A stretch of 64,000 bases of DNA. Origin: an uncultured Thermococci archaeon (GTDB lineage: Archaea; Methanobacteriota_B; Thermococci; Methanofastidiosales; B48-G16). Location: positions 64,001 through 128,000 of the forward strand of contig CAZQQT010000003.1 of NCBI GenBank assembly GCA_964595645.1. Reading direction: 5' to 3'. The notes under the pieces were generated by a model. The model searched no databases. It was not told the origin of the DNA and saw only the letters and a list, made by a program, of their open reading frames with translations. This document shows, piece by piece, positions 45,896-57,383 of this stretch (position 1 is the stretch's first letter; each line of letters opens with the position of its first letter). A program made the translations under genes and the position numbers.

Positions 45896-48800
45896 TTACG
45901 TTTCTATCCATATTTCAACTGGTTCAGAGTCGACCATCCATTCTTTATGGTAGCCCTTCCCCTTTTCGAATTTCAAAGTTTCAGATCGCGTTTCCTTTTT
46001 TATGTACTCCTCATCAAGATCGAAATTGCACACGAGATAGGTCACGATATTTTCTTCGATATTTAAATCCATTTCCTTTCTCATCTGCTGGATTCTCCTC
46101 ACTAATTCTCTTGTGTAGGCTTCTTTTTTTAGGTTTTCGTCCATTTCCTTATTGAGAAAGAGATTTCCGAGATCGGACTGAACGAGCTCAAACCCTTTTG
46201 GAGGCAACACTTCAAAATCTACGTCTCCCTTTTCTATCACGAAGTCTTCCATCTTGAACTCCCCTTTCTCCAGCGCGTTGTGAAGTGTCCTACCATCTAT
46301 TTTTTCCAGCAGTGCAACTACCTTGTTGGTATCCTCTCCGAACTTTGGTCCAAGGCTCTTATAATTCGGCACTGTCTTGTACCGCATGTCCATTTGTGCC
46401 AATGTTATTTTTTTGGCGTTTGTCTGTTCGAGGAGTATCTCTTCGAACTGTTTCACTGCTTTTTCTACGTGTTGATCATCCGAATCAAGAACAATTTCCG
46501 ATACTGGCCACCGCAGTTTTATTCCTGCTTTTTGTCGTGCGAAAGCTGCGTTCTCGACGATTTTTCTCACGATGCCCATTAACTCGTTGGTTTTGGTGTC
46601 TATCAACCTATCGTCGTACTCCGGGTACGACGTGAGATGTACGCTCTCTTCCTGCTCAAGATTAGTAAAGATGTGGTCCGCGATATAGGGTGTGATTGGC
46701 GCCATCATTCTCGCCAATCTTTTCAGTACATAGCTCAACACAAAGTATGCGGCCTTTTTATTCGGATCATCCTTCTCTATCCATGTTCTACTCCGTACAA
46801 GTTTCACATACCATCGTGAGAGATCTTCGACGATAAATTTGTATATCGGTCTTGTTATTTTGTGGAAATGAAATGTGTCCCACATTTCTAATATCTCTTT
46901 TACCAACGTGTTTACTCTGGAGAGCATCCATTTGTCTTCTTCTCTGAGGTATTCCTCTACTTCATCATACGACGTATCTGGATCGAACTCATCAAGGGAC
47001 ATATAGGTTGTCGAGAACTTATAAACATTCCACAGTATTTTGAGCATTCCATTTACACTCTCTATTTTATTCCAGGAGATTCTCACGTCCTCCCAAGGCG
47101 CAACAGCCCACAGAACGTAGAATCTGAATGTGTCTCTTCCGTATTTCTCGATTACCTCTTCAGGGGGAATGACATTTCCTATGGATTTATGCATTGCATC
47201 TCCCTTTTCATCCAGGGTAAATCCGTGCATTTCCACCATTCTGTGGGGCACTGTATCGAACGTCACTACCGAGGCGGCCTGCTGAGAGTAAAACCACTTT
47301 GTTATCTGATCATGTCCCTCTACAACGTAATCTGCTGGAAAAATCTTCTCAAAGAGTTCCTTTTCAGCCGGATAGTTTAGTGATGCCCAGGGAGCGGATC
47401 CAGAGTCAAGCCAAACATCGAGAACGTCATCCACTCTTTTCATGATGCCGCCGCACTCACATCGTAGTGTGATCGGATCCACGGTCGGTCTGTGGAGATC
47501 ATCTACCTCTATATTCTCAATACTCTTCTCTTTGAGCTCTTTTATACTTCCGATTACTATCTCTTCTTCACAGTCCTCACAGACCCACACAGGAAGTGGT
47601 ACGCCCCAGTATCGCTGTCTGGATATACACCAGTCTCCTACGTTTCTCACACCGTTCACGTATCGTTTCTCAGCCCAGTCAGGAATCCATGTGACCTTCT
47701 CATTTTCCTTGACAATCTCCTCCTTTATTCTGGAGATCCGCATGAACCACTGTTCCGTGGACATGAATATCAGTGGTGACCCACATCGCCAACAGAAGGG
47801 ATATTTGTGCTCAATTTCTACAAATTTTATCAATAAGCCCTTATTCTTTAGATCCTCTACGATCTTTGGATCCGTATCCTTCACAAACATACCTTTCCAT
47901 TTTCCCTCAGTAAACCGTCCTTCGGAGTCAAGAGGGGAGTATGCAGGTAACTCGTACTCCTTTCCCACTTCAAAGTCTTCTTCTCCGTGACCCGGAGCAG
48001 TGTGGACACAGCCTGTACCTTCTTCCAGCGTGACGTGATCGCCCAAGATAACATAATGGGCGTTGTCAAATGTTTGCTGTGAGGGCATCTCTTCAAGGAA
48101 AGGATGCACGTATCTCATCCCCTCGAGTTCTTCTCCGGTCATCTCTTCAACTATCTCATAGGGAATATCAAAGGAGGAGAGTATCATGTTTGCCATATCT
48201 CTGGCCATTATCCAGTACTCTTCTTTTCCATTCACATCTACCTTCAGTTTCGCATAGGTGAACGAAGGATGAACACATACCGCGATATTTGCAGGAAGCG
48301 TCCACGGTGTGGTAGTCCAGATCACAATATACTCATTCTCCGTATTTTCCAGTCTGAACTTAACGAATACAGAGGGGTCCTTCACCATTTGATACTCTCC
48401 TCGAACTTCGTGTTCTGCCAAGGCGGTCTCACATCGCGGACACCATTGAATGACTCTCCGATCCTTTTCCAAGAGTTCTTTCTTCCATGCACGTTTAAAT
48501 GACCACCATTCAGCCTCCATATAGTTTTTCTTGATAGTCATATAAGGATTATCCCAGTCTAACCATACCCCTAAATTCATGAATTGTTCTTCCATTCTAT
48601 CCTTATTTCTGATTGCAAATTCTTTACATTTTTCGATGAAGATTTTCACGCCGATTTTATTCTCAATATCCTTCTTGTTTTTGATGTTGAGCTCACTTTC
48701 TACCTTTACCTCGATAGGAAGACCGTGCATATCCCATCCTGGTTGTCTTCTCGGTGCGTAGCCCCTCATTGTCTTATACCGCAGGACGGTGTCCTTGATC

Positions 48801-48979
48801 ACTTTGTTCAGTGCGGTTCCGATATGGACCTCACCGGATGTGAAGGGCGGTCCATCCAAAAAGTACCATTTCTTTCCATCCTTTGCCAGATACTTCTTGT
48901 ATATGTCGTTTTCTTTCCATTGTGTATCTACTTCTTTCTCCACTTTGAGCGGTTCGTATCTTCCTTCTACTGCTTTCAT
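45896..48979 (-). CDS. ileS: isoleucyl-tRNA synthetase
   Basis: DGPP, HIGT, GWDMHGLP, WTTTPWTLP, GTGCVH.APGHG, WCISRQRYWG, AMHKS. Confidence 0.97.
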   Translation of the reverse strand: MKAVEGRYEPLKVEKEVDTQWKENDIYKKYLAKDGKKWYFLDGPPFTSGEVHIGTALNKVIKDTVLRYKTMRGYAPRRQPGWDMHGLPIEVKVESELNIKNKKDIENKIGVKIFIEKCKEFAIRNKDRMEEQFMNLGVWLDWDNPYMTIKKNYMEAEWWSFKRAWKKELLEKDRRVIQWCPRCETALAEHEVRGEYQMVKDPSVFVKFRLENTENEYIVIWTTTPWTLPANIAVCVHPSFTYAKLKVDVNGKEEYWIMARDMANMILSSFDIPYEIVEEMTGEELEGMRYVHPFLEEMPSQQTFDNAHYVILGDHVTLEEGTGCVHTAPGHGEEDFEVGKEYELPAYSPLDSEGRFTEGKWKGMFVKDTDPKIVEDLKNKGLLIKFVEIEHKYPFCWRCGSPLIFMSTEQWFMRISRIKEEIVKENEKVTWIPDWAEKRYVNGVRNVGDWCISRQRYWGVPLPVWVCEDCEEEIVIGSIKELKEKSIENIEVDDLHRPTVDPITLRCECGGIMKRVDDVLDVWLDSGSAPWASLNYPAEKELFEKIFPADYVVEGHDQITKWFYSQQAASVVTFDTVPHRMVEMHGFTLDEKGDAMHKSIGNVIPPEEVIEKYGRDTFRFYVLWAVAPWEDVRISWNKIESVNGMLKILWNVYKFSTTYMSLDEFDPDTSYDEVEEYLREEDKWMLSRVNTLVKEILEMWDTFHFHKITRPIYKFIVEDLSRWYVKLVRSRTWIEKDDPNKKAAYFVLSYVLKRLARMMAPITPYIADHIFTNLEQEESVHLTSYPEYDDRLIDTKTNELMGIVRKIVENAAFARQKAGIKLRWPVSEIVLDSDDQHVEKAVKQFEEILLEQTNAKKITLAQMDMRYKTVPNYKSLGPKFGEDTNKVVALLEKIDGRTLHNALEKGEFKMEDFVIEKGDVDFEVLPPKGFELVQSDLGNLFLNKEMDENLKKEAYTRELVRRIQQMRKEMDLNIEENIVTYLVCNFDLDEEYIKKETRSETLKFEKGKGYHKEWMVDSEPVEIWIET

Positions 48980-49304
48980 CGAATCACCTTTTCCATGAAT
49001 ATCTCGATAACTTTCATTCTATTTATATATTCATGTTATACTATACCTAAATTCCTTTCACATTCGGTAACAATGCGGTAAATTTTACGAATTAAAGTAT
49101 TAAATTAAAATTATAATTATATTCTCTGTGTCCCTGTATTCTCCTATCATTTTCATGGAACACCAGCTCCTGGATACACTACCCAATTACTCACCCTTTA
49201 TATGCTTTTCGGTTACTCGTGCATACAAAGACGCGTAGAATCCGAGAAAAATGGTGCTCCCATCGTGCCAAAAGTTTTTAATATATTTTATTTACGTAAA
49301 CAGT

Positions 49305-50498
49305 ATGGGCTTGAAGAGGATCGGCGTTGCTGGGCATGTAGGTGTTGGTCATACACATGGCCATGCAGGATTCATCCAAGATGATTCAGGTGGATTTGTT
49401 ACCGTGGGTGCGCTCATACGGGATCATGTGCGTGTAGATACACACATCGCGGAGGCAGAAGCTGATGTTGATTCTAACACGATCAGGATCACAACTGTTG
49501 ATGGTGGAACAGCTACTACGTCACCCCGCAGAGGATTGACACCTGCTGAGGCTGGGAGTATACGCAGATTGCGGGGCCAGGATGCTCTTTTTTGTCAGAC
49601 TGTCACTGTTAATGCACTAGGCAGAATGTACGGACAGGGGGTGCTGGAGACGCCAGTAGCCCTTGAAGCTGCAATGGCCAATGCAGTGGTTGATACCTTC
49701 CGGGAAAATGCAGAGAGTTTTAAGATGGTTGAAGAAAGTATTGAGACCAATCATGGACTTATCGGCGGTATCTCGGCTGAATCTGATGAAGCGACAGTAT
49801 CTTATCTTCTTAGTGTTAATTATACAGCAGGAGGTCTCGGTCCAGTGGAGGATATGGAAGGAAATATCCCTCTAGGAACAAAGGGTGAACTCATGAAGGA
49901 ACTTGGAATGATGGAATGCCCCACGATCATCGTTGAAGGCAAGGCATACCTACCATCGATCTCAGATGACCTCGATCGGAATACCTTTCTTGTCCGTGCA
50001 CAAAAAGGCATCGATAATCCTATTGTCGCCTGTAGCTTGGTAGATTCGGCAAAGGAGCTGGGATACCCTGCTATCTACAGAGATGATCTTCTTCCCCATG
50101 ATGAAGGCGTAATGACACGAGAAACAACGCGTTTTGCCGAACGGATCAATGAATATGCAGAACAGCTGAAACGAGCCACGCAGGCATCGGAGAAAGTCCA
50201 AATTGTTGCAAAGATGGCTGCCCTGATAAGTCAGGATGTTGGAGGAATTACATGCATATCTAATAAGATTCATGATCTCGTGAGAGGAGCAGGGATGATG
50301 CCCGGAACTTCAGCTGTATTATCTATTGCAACCACCAAATCCTACCGAGATCACTGGAAAATACCGTTGTATGAGCAGGATGATGCTGAAAAAGCTAAAA
50401 ATATTGTGAAACTAGGAATAAAGAAAATAGCTACCAATTACGAGCGTGCCCATGATGTGCTCGAACGCCGCTATGCGCAGTGGAATCTAGACGTATAA
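49305..50498 (+). CDS. conserved hypothetical protein with His-rich N-terminal motif
   Basis: Long clean ORF, GHVGVGHTHGHAGFIQDDSGGF; start placed about 26 nt after a TATA box. Confidence 0.8.
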   Translation: MGLKRIGVAGHVGVGHTHGHAGFIQDDSGGFVTVGALIRDHVRVDTHIAEAEADVDSNTIRITTVDGGTATTSPRRGLTPAEAGSIRRLRGQDALFCQTVTVNALGRMYGQGVLETPVALEAAMANAVVDTFRENAESFKMVEESIETNHGLIGGISAESDEATVSYLLSVNYTAGGLGPVEDMEGNIPLGTKGELMKELGMMECPTIIVEGKAYLPSISDDLDRNTFLVRAQKGIDNPIVACSLVDSAKELGYPAIYRDDLLPHDEGVMTRETTRFAERINEYAEQLKRATQASEKVQIVAKMAALISQDVGGITCISNKIHDLVRGAGMMPGTSAVLSIATTKSYRDHWKIPLYEQDDAEKAKNIVKLGIKKIATNYERAHDVLERRYAQWNLDV

Positions 50499-50509
50499 AA
50501 GGATGCTGT

Positions 50510-51586
50510 TCACGACAGGAAATCCTCGTTTTCGATTTTCTCTGGGAGGTATTTCTCCGCCACGAAGCTGAGCGATTTATTTGCCAAAGCCTGCTGTTCT
50601 ATTCTCACTCCCTTCTTAAGTGCGAGCTTGAGTTGCCGTTGCCAGTCCTTTTTCTTAAACCATGGATACTCCATCTCCTCCTTTATTCTCTTTTTTCCTG
50701 AGTCTTTGAGTTTTTCTGTAACATTTTCCAGTCCGTATCGCTCTACATCATCGATAGTCATGCCAACAAACTTCGAATCTGGAACTGACAACATCTGTGA
50801 GAGATAGGCGAGGTTGATAGATCCCTGTTTTATCGTTGAGTAAATGTACCATCCGTAAGGATCACCGTCGGTGAACACGATGACAGGGAGTCCTGTTTCG
50901 TTATGCATTCTTTTTATTAGACGTCGTACTCCCCGGGGGGCCTGACCTTGGCACGCCACGATCAATGCATCGTTATCCTCAGCGAACTTCTCTTCGATCA
51001 ATCTGTCTGCCATGGCAGCGGTTTCGACGACGAGGATGTACTCGGCATTCACATCCACAAAGCCGATATCCTCTAGGTTACCAGGTACTGCCCAGCCGCC
51101 TCTACCAAGCTTTGAGCAGTTAAACTCGTCTTCTCCATCTTTTATCACGATATCGCCATACATGTAGCCCCGTCTATCAGCTGTGAGATTGAGCTCCTCC
51201 CGCAACGCGTTAAGACTGAGTTCAAGATCCTCGATGATCGGATTGGACTCATCCTGGTCGTTGAATGTGTTTTCATTTTTCCTCCCTGCGAGAGTATGCT
51301 TCAGTGCATAGTACAATTCCCTTATCCCTGCGTGTTTATTTTCTTTTATGAGCTGACGACAGTAAGAAGCAACGAGGAGTGTCTGCATAAATTTTCTCGT
51401 GTGCGCGACATTGAGGTAGTACCGTTTTGAGTACTTGTCACCCATTATCAGGTATCCTTTCTCTTCATCGTACTCTACATTACTCAAACTTCTCTGTGTT
51501 ATCTTTATGTGAGGATTCTTCCCTTTTTCTAATTGCTTCAACACATCTTCTCCAAGTTTCTCCAAGTTTTCTTCTATTTTTTTCAT
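50510..51586 (-). CDS. top6A: DNA topoisomerase VI subunit A
   Basis: RELYY catalytic Tyr, TOPRIM VET, DGDPYG, EQQAL. Confidence 0.97.
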   Translation of the reverse strand: MKKIEENLEKLGEDVLKQLEKGKNPHIKITQRSLSNVEYDEEKGYLIMGDKYSKRYYLNVAHTRKFMQTLLVASYCRQLIKENKHAGIRELYYALKHTLAGRKNENTFNDQDESNPIIEDLELSLNALREELNLTADRRGYMYGDIVIKDGEDEFNCSKLGRGGWAVPGNLEDIGFVDVNAEYILVVETAAMADRLIEEKFAEDNDALIVACQGQAPRGVRRLIKRMHNETGLPVIVFTDGDPYGWYIYSTIKQGSINLAYLSQMLSVPDSKFVGMTIDDVERYGLENVTEKLKDSGKKRIKEEMEYPWFKKKDWQRQLKLALKKGVRIEQQALANKSLSFVAEKYLPEKIENEDFLS

Positions 51587-51594
51587 ATTCTCCC

Positions 51595-53109
51595 CTATGT
51601 GTATTTTTTCTCTATAAGCTTATCGAAGAGCTCTTCGATTTTTTCCTCGTTTCCCCCAGTGAGTTTTGAAATAGCCTTACTTGTTTCGGCAGCATATCGT
51701 TCTAAAGATTTTTTCCGCTTCTTTTGACGATGAGCTTTTCTTTTTGAGCTTAAAAATCTTTTTAGACTCCTACATGCTTCCATTATTCCATAACGCAGTT
51801 CGTTATAGATCTCTTCCTCTGCAGCTATCGCCTGTTTGCCAGCAGAGGTATACGGTATATGAGTAGACGTGACATTTATAAATACCGTGAGGGGCGTCCT
51901 CTCTACATCTACTCCATATCTTCTCCAATCTATACTTTTTACAGCTTCATTTATTACTCCACCACCTCGATCGAACATCAACGGGCTTCTATTGGCATAT
52001 CGTATTACCTCTACCCCTTGATCATTCCTTCCTCCAAGAGCAAGTCCGACTTCAACGATAAATGGAAAGCCGCCTCTGTACGTTTCTGGAGATCGGGTGA
52101 TAGCAATGGAGAATTCCGGATCTATTAAGGAGAGTCCCTTTTCTATGTTCTCTTCGCCTATTGGGATTAATCCATCGCTGGAAGGCGCCATAAAATCTAT
52201 TTTTTTGAACGCGTTTACGACGTTTTCTACATCTTCCCAGGTCAGATTTTTTATCCGTTTGTCCATCGAAACTCCGCTCACTTCTTCTATTTCCTCTGTT
52301 CTGTTTCGTGAAACTCTGGCGAGTTCTGTCCTTAAAAAGCTCCCTAATTTTATCGATTTAGAATTTTTTGCCATCAACAGAAGATCATTCGTTGAAACTC
52401 CTTTTGGATGAAGTTTCATGATTTTGGGGGACTCAGGCATTTCCTTCGATGTACGAGGATATATAATTTTTCTTCCGTCGGGTTCTATAAACTCTATTCG
52501 CGCATGTGGATTTGCAATCGATGACATTTTTAGATATCTTTGTGGCGAATATCGTGATCTGTTATATTTCACATTTTTAGCTTCTATTATGATTTTTGTT
52601 CCTCTCCAACGGTCATTGTTCTCTATCTTTCTCTTGTTTATTATTGTTCCTCTATTTTTCTGGATATCAACGTTCATATCCACTTCCCACATTTCATTCC
52701 CCGTGGAAGAAATAACCGTTGCAGGCTCACCCGTGGTGACTTGTGAGTACATGACGGCACCAGAGACACCGATACCTTGCTGCCCTCGAGACTGCAGGTT
52801 CCTATGAGCCTTACTCCCTGCCAACATCTTTCCAAATACGTCAGGGATAAACTTTAATGGGATCCCCGTGGCGTTGTCTTCCACACTTATTTTGTAATGA
52901 TCTTCTCCCCTCTCATCTATTTCCACTCGTATTTCCGGAAGAATTCCTGCCTCTTCGCATGCATCCAGTGCATTTGTCACCATTTCATGGACTAATACAG
53001 TCATAGAACGTAATTTACCTGTATAACCAAGCATATCAGCGTTCTTTTTAAAAAATTCGGATACACTCAACGTTCTAAACTCTTTAAAGAGATCGTCAGC
53101 AGTCTTCAT
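51595..53109 (-). CDS. top6B: DNA topoisomerase VI subunit B
   Basis: [30 protein letters not shown]. Confidence 0.97.
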   Translation of the reverse strand: MKTADDLFKEFRTLSVSEFFKKNADMLGYTGKLRSMTVLVHEMVTNALDACEEAGILPEIRVEIDERGEDHYKISVEDNATGIPLKFIPDVFGKMLAGSKAHRNLQSRGQQGIGVSGAVMYSQVTTGEPATVISSTGNEMWEVDMNVDIQKNRGTIINKRKIENNDRWRGTKIIIEAKNVKYNRSRYSPQRYLKMSSIANPHARIEFIEPDGRKIIYPRTSKEMPESPKIMKLHPKGVSTNDLLLMAKNSKSIKLGSFLRTELARVSRNRTEEIEEVSGVSMDKRIKNLTWEDVENVVNAFKKIDFMAPSSDGLIPIGEENIEKGLSLIDPEFSIAITRSPETYRGGFPFIVEVGLALGGRNDQGVEVIRYANRSPLMFDRGGGVINEAVKSIDWRRYGVDVERTPLTVFINVTSTHIPYTSAGKQAIAAEEEIYNELRYGIMEACRSLKRFLSSKRKAHRQKKRKKSLERYAAETSKAISKLTGGNEEKIEELFDKLIEKKYT

Positions 53110-53657
53110 TTTTCATCCTTCCACAATTTAACTTTTTTGGCCTTTTTCTTTCTTTTTGCCTTTTCTAGATACTTGTAGGCTACTGAATGTGGTTTTCCGT
53201 CTAGTATCATCTCTGCAGCCTTTTTTGCATCGTATACATCCTCAAATTCACCGATAAATGAGATTGTTTTACCATAAATAGAGACATAAGCCCCTGTCAT
53301 TTCTTCTATATGTTCTCTCGTTTTCCCATTTTTACCAATTACTCTACCTTTGATTCGCATCAACTGTTTTTTTGTGTTCGCATATTTCTTTAGATCCACA
53401 GTTTCAAATATTATTCCATTTTTAAATAGGTAAAAAGCTCTCCTTGGAGAAAAACCTCTTGCAATAGCTTTGACAACATCTTTAGCTTTCCATACAGCTA
53501 GAGGATCACCTACGGCCTTTTCAGTTATCCTCACCGTGCCGTCTTCTACTACTACTTCTACATTGAGCCTTTCCTCTATTTCTTCTTTTGTTCTTCCATT
53601 TTTTCCGATTATCGTTCCGATTCTTTTTTTCGGAACCTTTATGTATTCCTCTGCCAT
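53106..53657 (-). CDS. KH-domain RNA-processing protein (aDim2/Pno1)
   Basis: Two IGKNG KH motifs, ARGFSP; conserved context. Confidence 0.92.
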   Translation of the reverse strand: MAEEYIKVPKKRIGTIIGKNGRTKEEIEERLNVEVVVEDGTVRITEKAVGDPLAVWKAKDVVKAIARGFSPRRAFYLFKNGIIFETVDLKKYANTKKQLMRIKGRVIGKNGKTREHIEEMTGAYVSIYGKTISFIGEFEDVYDAKKAAEMILDGKPHSVAYKYLEKAKRKKKAKKVKLWKDEK

Positions 53658-54403
53658 TATACCACCTTTTTATAGATTTCTTCAAATTTAGGGGTCACAA
53701 TGAAATTAGAAAAATATCGCAGCATGTTTTCAATGTCTCTTTCTAAAAAGGACAGTGCACGGGAATCCTCCAGAACGGTCCCTTGGGAAAAATCGATAAA
53801 GTACATCTTTTCATTGGTGAGGATGTTATACTCACTAAGATCACTATGAACAATTCCAACATCATACATTGTCTGTATGTTCCTTATTATCTCTTCAAAG
53901 TCCTCCTCAGGATTTCTTGGACCCACATCTTTCATTCTTGGGTACGGGATACCATTTTTTCCTATAAAGTCCATTACGAGCACATTGTTTTTTACAATAA
54001 TCGGTTCAGGAACATTAATTTCTCCATAGACCTTTTTAAGATTTTTAAATTCCCGTTTTGCCCACGCATACGTCAATTTTTTTCGATTATGTTGTATCCC
54101 TTTAAAACGTGGATCTGAAGATATATACTTCCGTATATCCCTGAAAGAAGACGTTGCCGTCCTAAAAATTTTTATTGCGACCCCTTTCTTTTTATGTAGA
54201 CCATAAAACACGTTGGCTTCCTTTCCTGTGGACACAATACCCTCCACAGAGTCTAAGTAGCCTCTATTCTGAAGTTTATATAGGGTCATGAGGGTAGAGT
54301 GATCAAAGACCCCTGACCGAATCCTAAACATCTCAGAATCCTTTTCACGTCTCTTTTCCTTTATATTCTCCCTGTACCCCAACAAGACCACCGTTAAAGC
54401 CAT
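53657..54403 (-). CDS. rio1: Rio1 serine kinase
   Basis: STGKEANV, HSDLSEYNIL, IDFSQ. Confidence 0.95.
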   Translation of the reverse strand: MALTVVLLGYRENIKEKRREKDSEMFRIRSGVFDHSTLMTLYKLQNRGYLDSVEGIVSTGKEANVFYGLHKKKGVAIKIFRTATSSFRDIRKYISSDPRFKGIQHNRKKLTYAWAKREFKNLKKVYGEINVPEPIIVKNNVLVMDFIGKNGIPYPRMKDVGPRNPEEDFEEIIRNIQTMYDVGIVHSDLSEYNILTNEKMYFIDFSQGTVLEDSRALSFLERDIENMLRYFSNFIVTPKFEEIYKKVV

Positions 54404-54693
54404 TCTTTATCGAGATAACCTTTATTCACAAGCCATTTCGCTTGGGATCTCTTATATCTCCAGATAATGTCGCCTCGCTCATCTCTACTAAGTTCCCATG
54501 GTTCAACCAGCACGATATTCCCAACTTTTATCCAGAGTCTTCGTCTAAATTTGCCAGGTATCCTACAGAGCCGTGTTTTGCCGTCTGTACATTTTACCTT
54601 CATCTTTCCATATCCCATCATCTGTTCTACTTTACCTATTACCTGACCGCTTTTGGGTATCCGTGCTCTTGTTATCTCTTCTTCTTCAGACAC
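54394..54693 (-). CDS. eif1A: translation initiation factor aIF-1A
   Basis: RLCRIPGK, WIK.G..V.V.PW, DIIWRY; GTG start with SD GGAGG. Confidence 0.95.
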   Translation of the reverse strand: MSEEEEITRARIPKSGQVIGKVEQMMGYGKMKVKCTDGKTRLCRIPGKFRRRLWIKVGNIVLVEPWELSRDERGDIIWRYKRSQAKWLVNKGYLDKEWL

Positions 54694-54750
54694 TGTGTAA
54701 CCTCCTTAATTTTTACTCTTTATAGAGATATAAAAAGCTTATTGTCAAAA

Positions 54751-54894
54751 TTAAATCTTTCTCTCCTTTGACTTAGGCCTAAGTCCCTTATACCCACATT
54801 TTCTACATTTTTTCGCGTCTCGTGGATTTCTTGCATTACACTTCATACAGATTTTCACATCAAATAATCGTTTTTCTGCAATTTCAGATCTCAT
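54751..54894 (-). CDS. rpl40e: 50S ribosomal protein L40e, 47 aa (absent from ORF track)
   Basis: Manual translation [47 protein letters not shown]; SD GGTGA. Confidence 0.95.
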   Translation of the reverse strand: MRSEIAEKRLFDVKICMKCNARNPRDAKKCRKCGYKGLRPKSKERKI

Positions 54895-55372
54895 CTATAT
54901 CACCCATAAACTCTTTTTGGATAGCTACTATCTCTCTACTGTTTTTTGCCTTCGCGTACTCTTCAAGCATCTTATGATTTAGATCAATAAAAACTCTACC
55001 CCAACCAAACTTACTGAGGATATTTAAAGCTTTCTCCTTTTTACCCAGTATGTAGAGTGCCCCTGCCAAGGCTTCCACTGTGGATAGTTTTGTAGGTTTT
55101 CCATAATTTACAGGGTTTGCAGGGACGAGGTAGGGCAATGATCGTGAATTCTTTTCGTACTTTAAAAAGATATCCTGAGATTGGTTCCATGAACAGTCCA
55201 GTGCGAGGATGTCTCCCGTATCTTCTGGTGAAAACGCTTTCTCACTGAGCGGATTTAAAATTGTACAGTTGGGTATCTTTTTTACTGGTGTGGCCAGTCC
55301 GAATCGGATGAGTTTTAATCCTGTACATTTCTTTGGATCACACTGACCTGTATGATAAATAAATAGGTTCAT
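54884..55372 (-). CDS. tsr3: 16S rRNA aminocarboxypropyltransferase Tsr3 (DUF367)
   Basis: [33 protein letters not shown]. Confidence 0.95.
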   Translation of the reverse strand: MNLFIYHTGQCDPKKCTGLKLIRFGLATPVKKIPNCTILNPLSEKAFSPEDTGDILALDCSWNQSQDIFLKYEKNSRSLPYLVPANPVNYGKPTKLSTVEALAGALYILGKKEKALNILSKFGWGRVFIDLNHKMLEEYAKAKNSREIVAIQKEFMGDIDEI

Positions 55373-55947
55373 GTTACCACCAGATATGTTGTTGCAAGAA
55401 GGGTAGATCCCATCAAAAAGTATCCTTCTCTCCTCTTCTCGTAACAGATCTCTAGAACCGATCCCATTAAAAGTCCACCGAGGTGTACTGCGTGCGCGAT
55501 CTCTCCCACGAGATCAACATAGATCAGAAATACCGTGAATATTACATAACCCAGTGCGATGAGCAGAAAGTAATTTTTGTACTCTCCTTTGTAGATCACA
55601 AGACTCGCGCCGAGGATCCCGAATACGAAGCCTGAGAGACCTACACAGGGTGTGGAAGAGGAAGGGTAGATCAGTACATACACAACACCTGCAAATATCG
55701 TTGTGACGAAGAACAAAATGAGAAATTTCTTCGCTCCTATCCGTTCCTCGAGATAGTATCCAAAGGAGAGGAGCGCGATGAGATTGAAAGAGAGATGGGT
55801 GGAGGAAGAGTGGAAAAAGGCGTAAGTGATGAAATTCTCATAATGTAAATCTGTTGATGTCACTCCTCTAAGATCTCCTGTTTTCATTTGATAGAGAAAA
55901 ACTAAAACCGTGGTGAAGAAAAGCATAAGTGTGATCTTTCCTTTCAT
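55369..55947 (-). CDS. rhomboid family intramembrane protease
   Basis: H....HL.FN, GLSG, H..HLGG. Confidence 0.88.
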   Translation of the reverse strand: MKGKITLMLFFTTVLVFLYQMKTGDLRGVTSTDLHYENFITYAFFHSSSTHLSFNLIALLSFGYYLEERIGAKKFLILFFVTTIFAGVVYVLIYPSSSTPCVGLSGFVFGILGASLVIYKGEYKNYFLLIALGYVIFTVFLIYVDLVGEIAHAVHLGGLLMGSVLEICYEKRREGYFLMGSTLLATTYLVVT

Positions 55948-57383
55948 TCTTCTCTCCTTAACATTTTATAGGATAAAACTGGTTCTTTGGTGGCTTTCAC
56001 TACATCAAGCCGTTTTACCGCAGTGTTGTGAGGTGCAGAACTCACGATCTCAGGATTTTTGTAACATTCTTTGTATATTGTTTTCATGATATCAATGAAC
56101 TTATCTAACTCTTCCTTTGACTCTGTTTCAGTTGGTTCTATCATCAACGCTTCCTTGACGATCAATGGGAAGTAAATCGTTGGTGCGTGAATCCCAAAAT
56201 CAAGAATTCTCTTGGCAATATCCAGAGCACTAATTCCAGTGTCCTCTTTTATTTTCTTACACGAGAGTACAAGTTCATGTTTCCGCAGTTCATTACATGG
56301 GAGTTCGTAGAACTCCTTCAGATTCTGTGCAAGATAGTTGGCATTCAGTACGGCTCTTTCAGAGACTCTCTGCAGTGAATTGCCCATGGTGAGAATATAA
56401 GCGTATGCTTTGACCATCACACCAAAATTGCCGTAAAATCCCTTTATCTTCCCAATAGAGTGTTCAAGATCATAATCCAGGGAGTACGTGTCTCCATTAT
56501 ACGTGACGATGGGGTACGGGAGGTACTCCTTCAAAAACTCCTTCACGCCCACTGGTCCCGCACCGGGTCCTCCACCCCCATGAGGGGTAGAGAATGTTTT
56601 GTGGAGGTTGAAATGGACGATATCGAATCCCATCTCTCCCGGTTTTGTGATACCCATGAGTGCGTTGAGGTTTGCACCATCGTAATACAGCAGTCCGTCA
56701 GCATCATGAACAATCTCTGCAATCGCTTCAATGTTTTCCTCAAAGATGCCCAAAGTATTTGGATTTGTGAGCATTAATCCTGCGGTATTGTCGTTCACTG
56801 CTTCCTGAAGGGCATCCAGATCTACACAGCCCTTCTCATCGGAAGGGATTTCCACTACCCGCATTCCGGCCATGGCAGAGGAGGCTGGATTTGTGCCATG
56901 AGCCGAGTCTGGAACGATAATTTCATTTCTATCGATTTTTTTTGTTTTTAAATACTTTTTAATAATCTTTATTCCTGTGTATTCGCCGTGGGCACCTGCT
57001 GCAGGCTGGAGTGTGATAGCATCAACACCGCCTATCTCACACAGTGCCTCACCGAGTTTATACATTATCTCGAGAGCACCCTGGACTGTGGAGGGATCTT
57101 GGTATGGATGAATATCAGTGACCGTTCCCCATGATGCAATTTCTTCGTGCAGCTTCGGATTGTATTTCATCGTGCAGCTTCCAAGAGGGTAGAACCCTGT
57201 GTCTACACAGTAGTTCTCTTGAGAGAGTTTGAGGAAATGCCTGGCAATATCTATCTCACTCACTTCAGGTAGATTCAACTCCTTTCTTTTTAAGGTGTCA
57301 GGAAGTGATACCTCTCCATCCTCGATAGGTGGAGGGAGTGAGTACGCCTTTCTTCCTTTCTTCGATCGTTCAAAAATAAGCAT
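55944..57383 (-). CDS. gcvPB: glycine dehydrogenase (decarboxylating) subunit 2
   Basis: PLGSCTMKYNP, AGAHGE, SAHGTNPAS, NLHKTF.PHGGGGPG. Confidence 0.96.
   Translation of the reverse strand: MLIFERSKKGRKAYSLPPPIEDGEVSLPDTLKRKELNLPEVSEIDIARHFLKLSQENYCVDTGFYPLGSCTMKYNPKLHEEIASWGTVTDIHPYQDPSTVQGALEIMYKLGEALCEIGGVDAITLQPAAGAHGEYTGIKIIKKYLKTKKIDRNEIIVPDSAHGTNPASSAMAGMRVVEIPSDEKGCVDLDALQEAVNDNTAGLMLTNPNTLGIFEENIEAIAEIVHDADGLLYYDGANLNALMGITKPGEMGFDIVHFNLHKTFSTPHGGGGPGAGPVGVKEFLKEYLPYPIVTYNGDTYSLDYDLEHSIGKIKGFYGNFGVMVKAYAYILTMGNSLQRVSERAVLNANYLAQNLKEFYELPCNELRKHELVLSCKKIKEDTGISALDIAKRILDFGIHAPTIYFPLIVKEALMIEPTETESKEELDKFIDIMKTIYKECYKNPEIVSSAPHNTAVKRLDVVKATKEPVLSYKMLRREE

Noticed and set aside
48990-49250. 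Riboswitch or T-box-like leader upstream of ileS
   Set aside because: AT-rich intergenic DNA with no recognisable conserved motif or convincing stem.
50510-55372. top6AB-dim2-rio1-aIF1A and L40e-tsr3 clustering
   Set aside because: Housekeeping genes in an ordinary archaeal neighbourhood.
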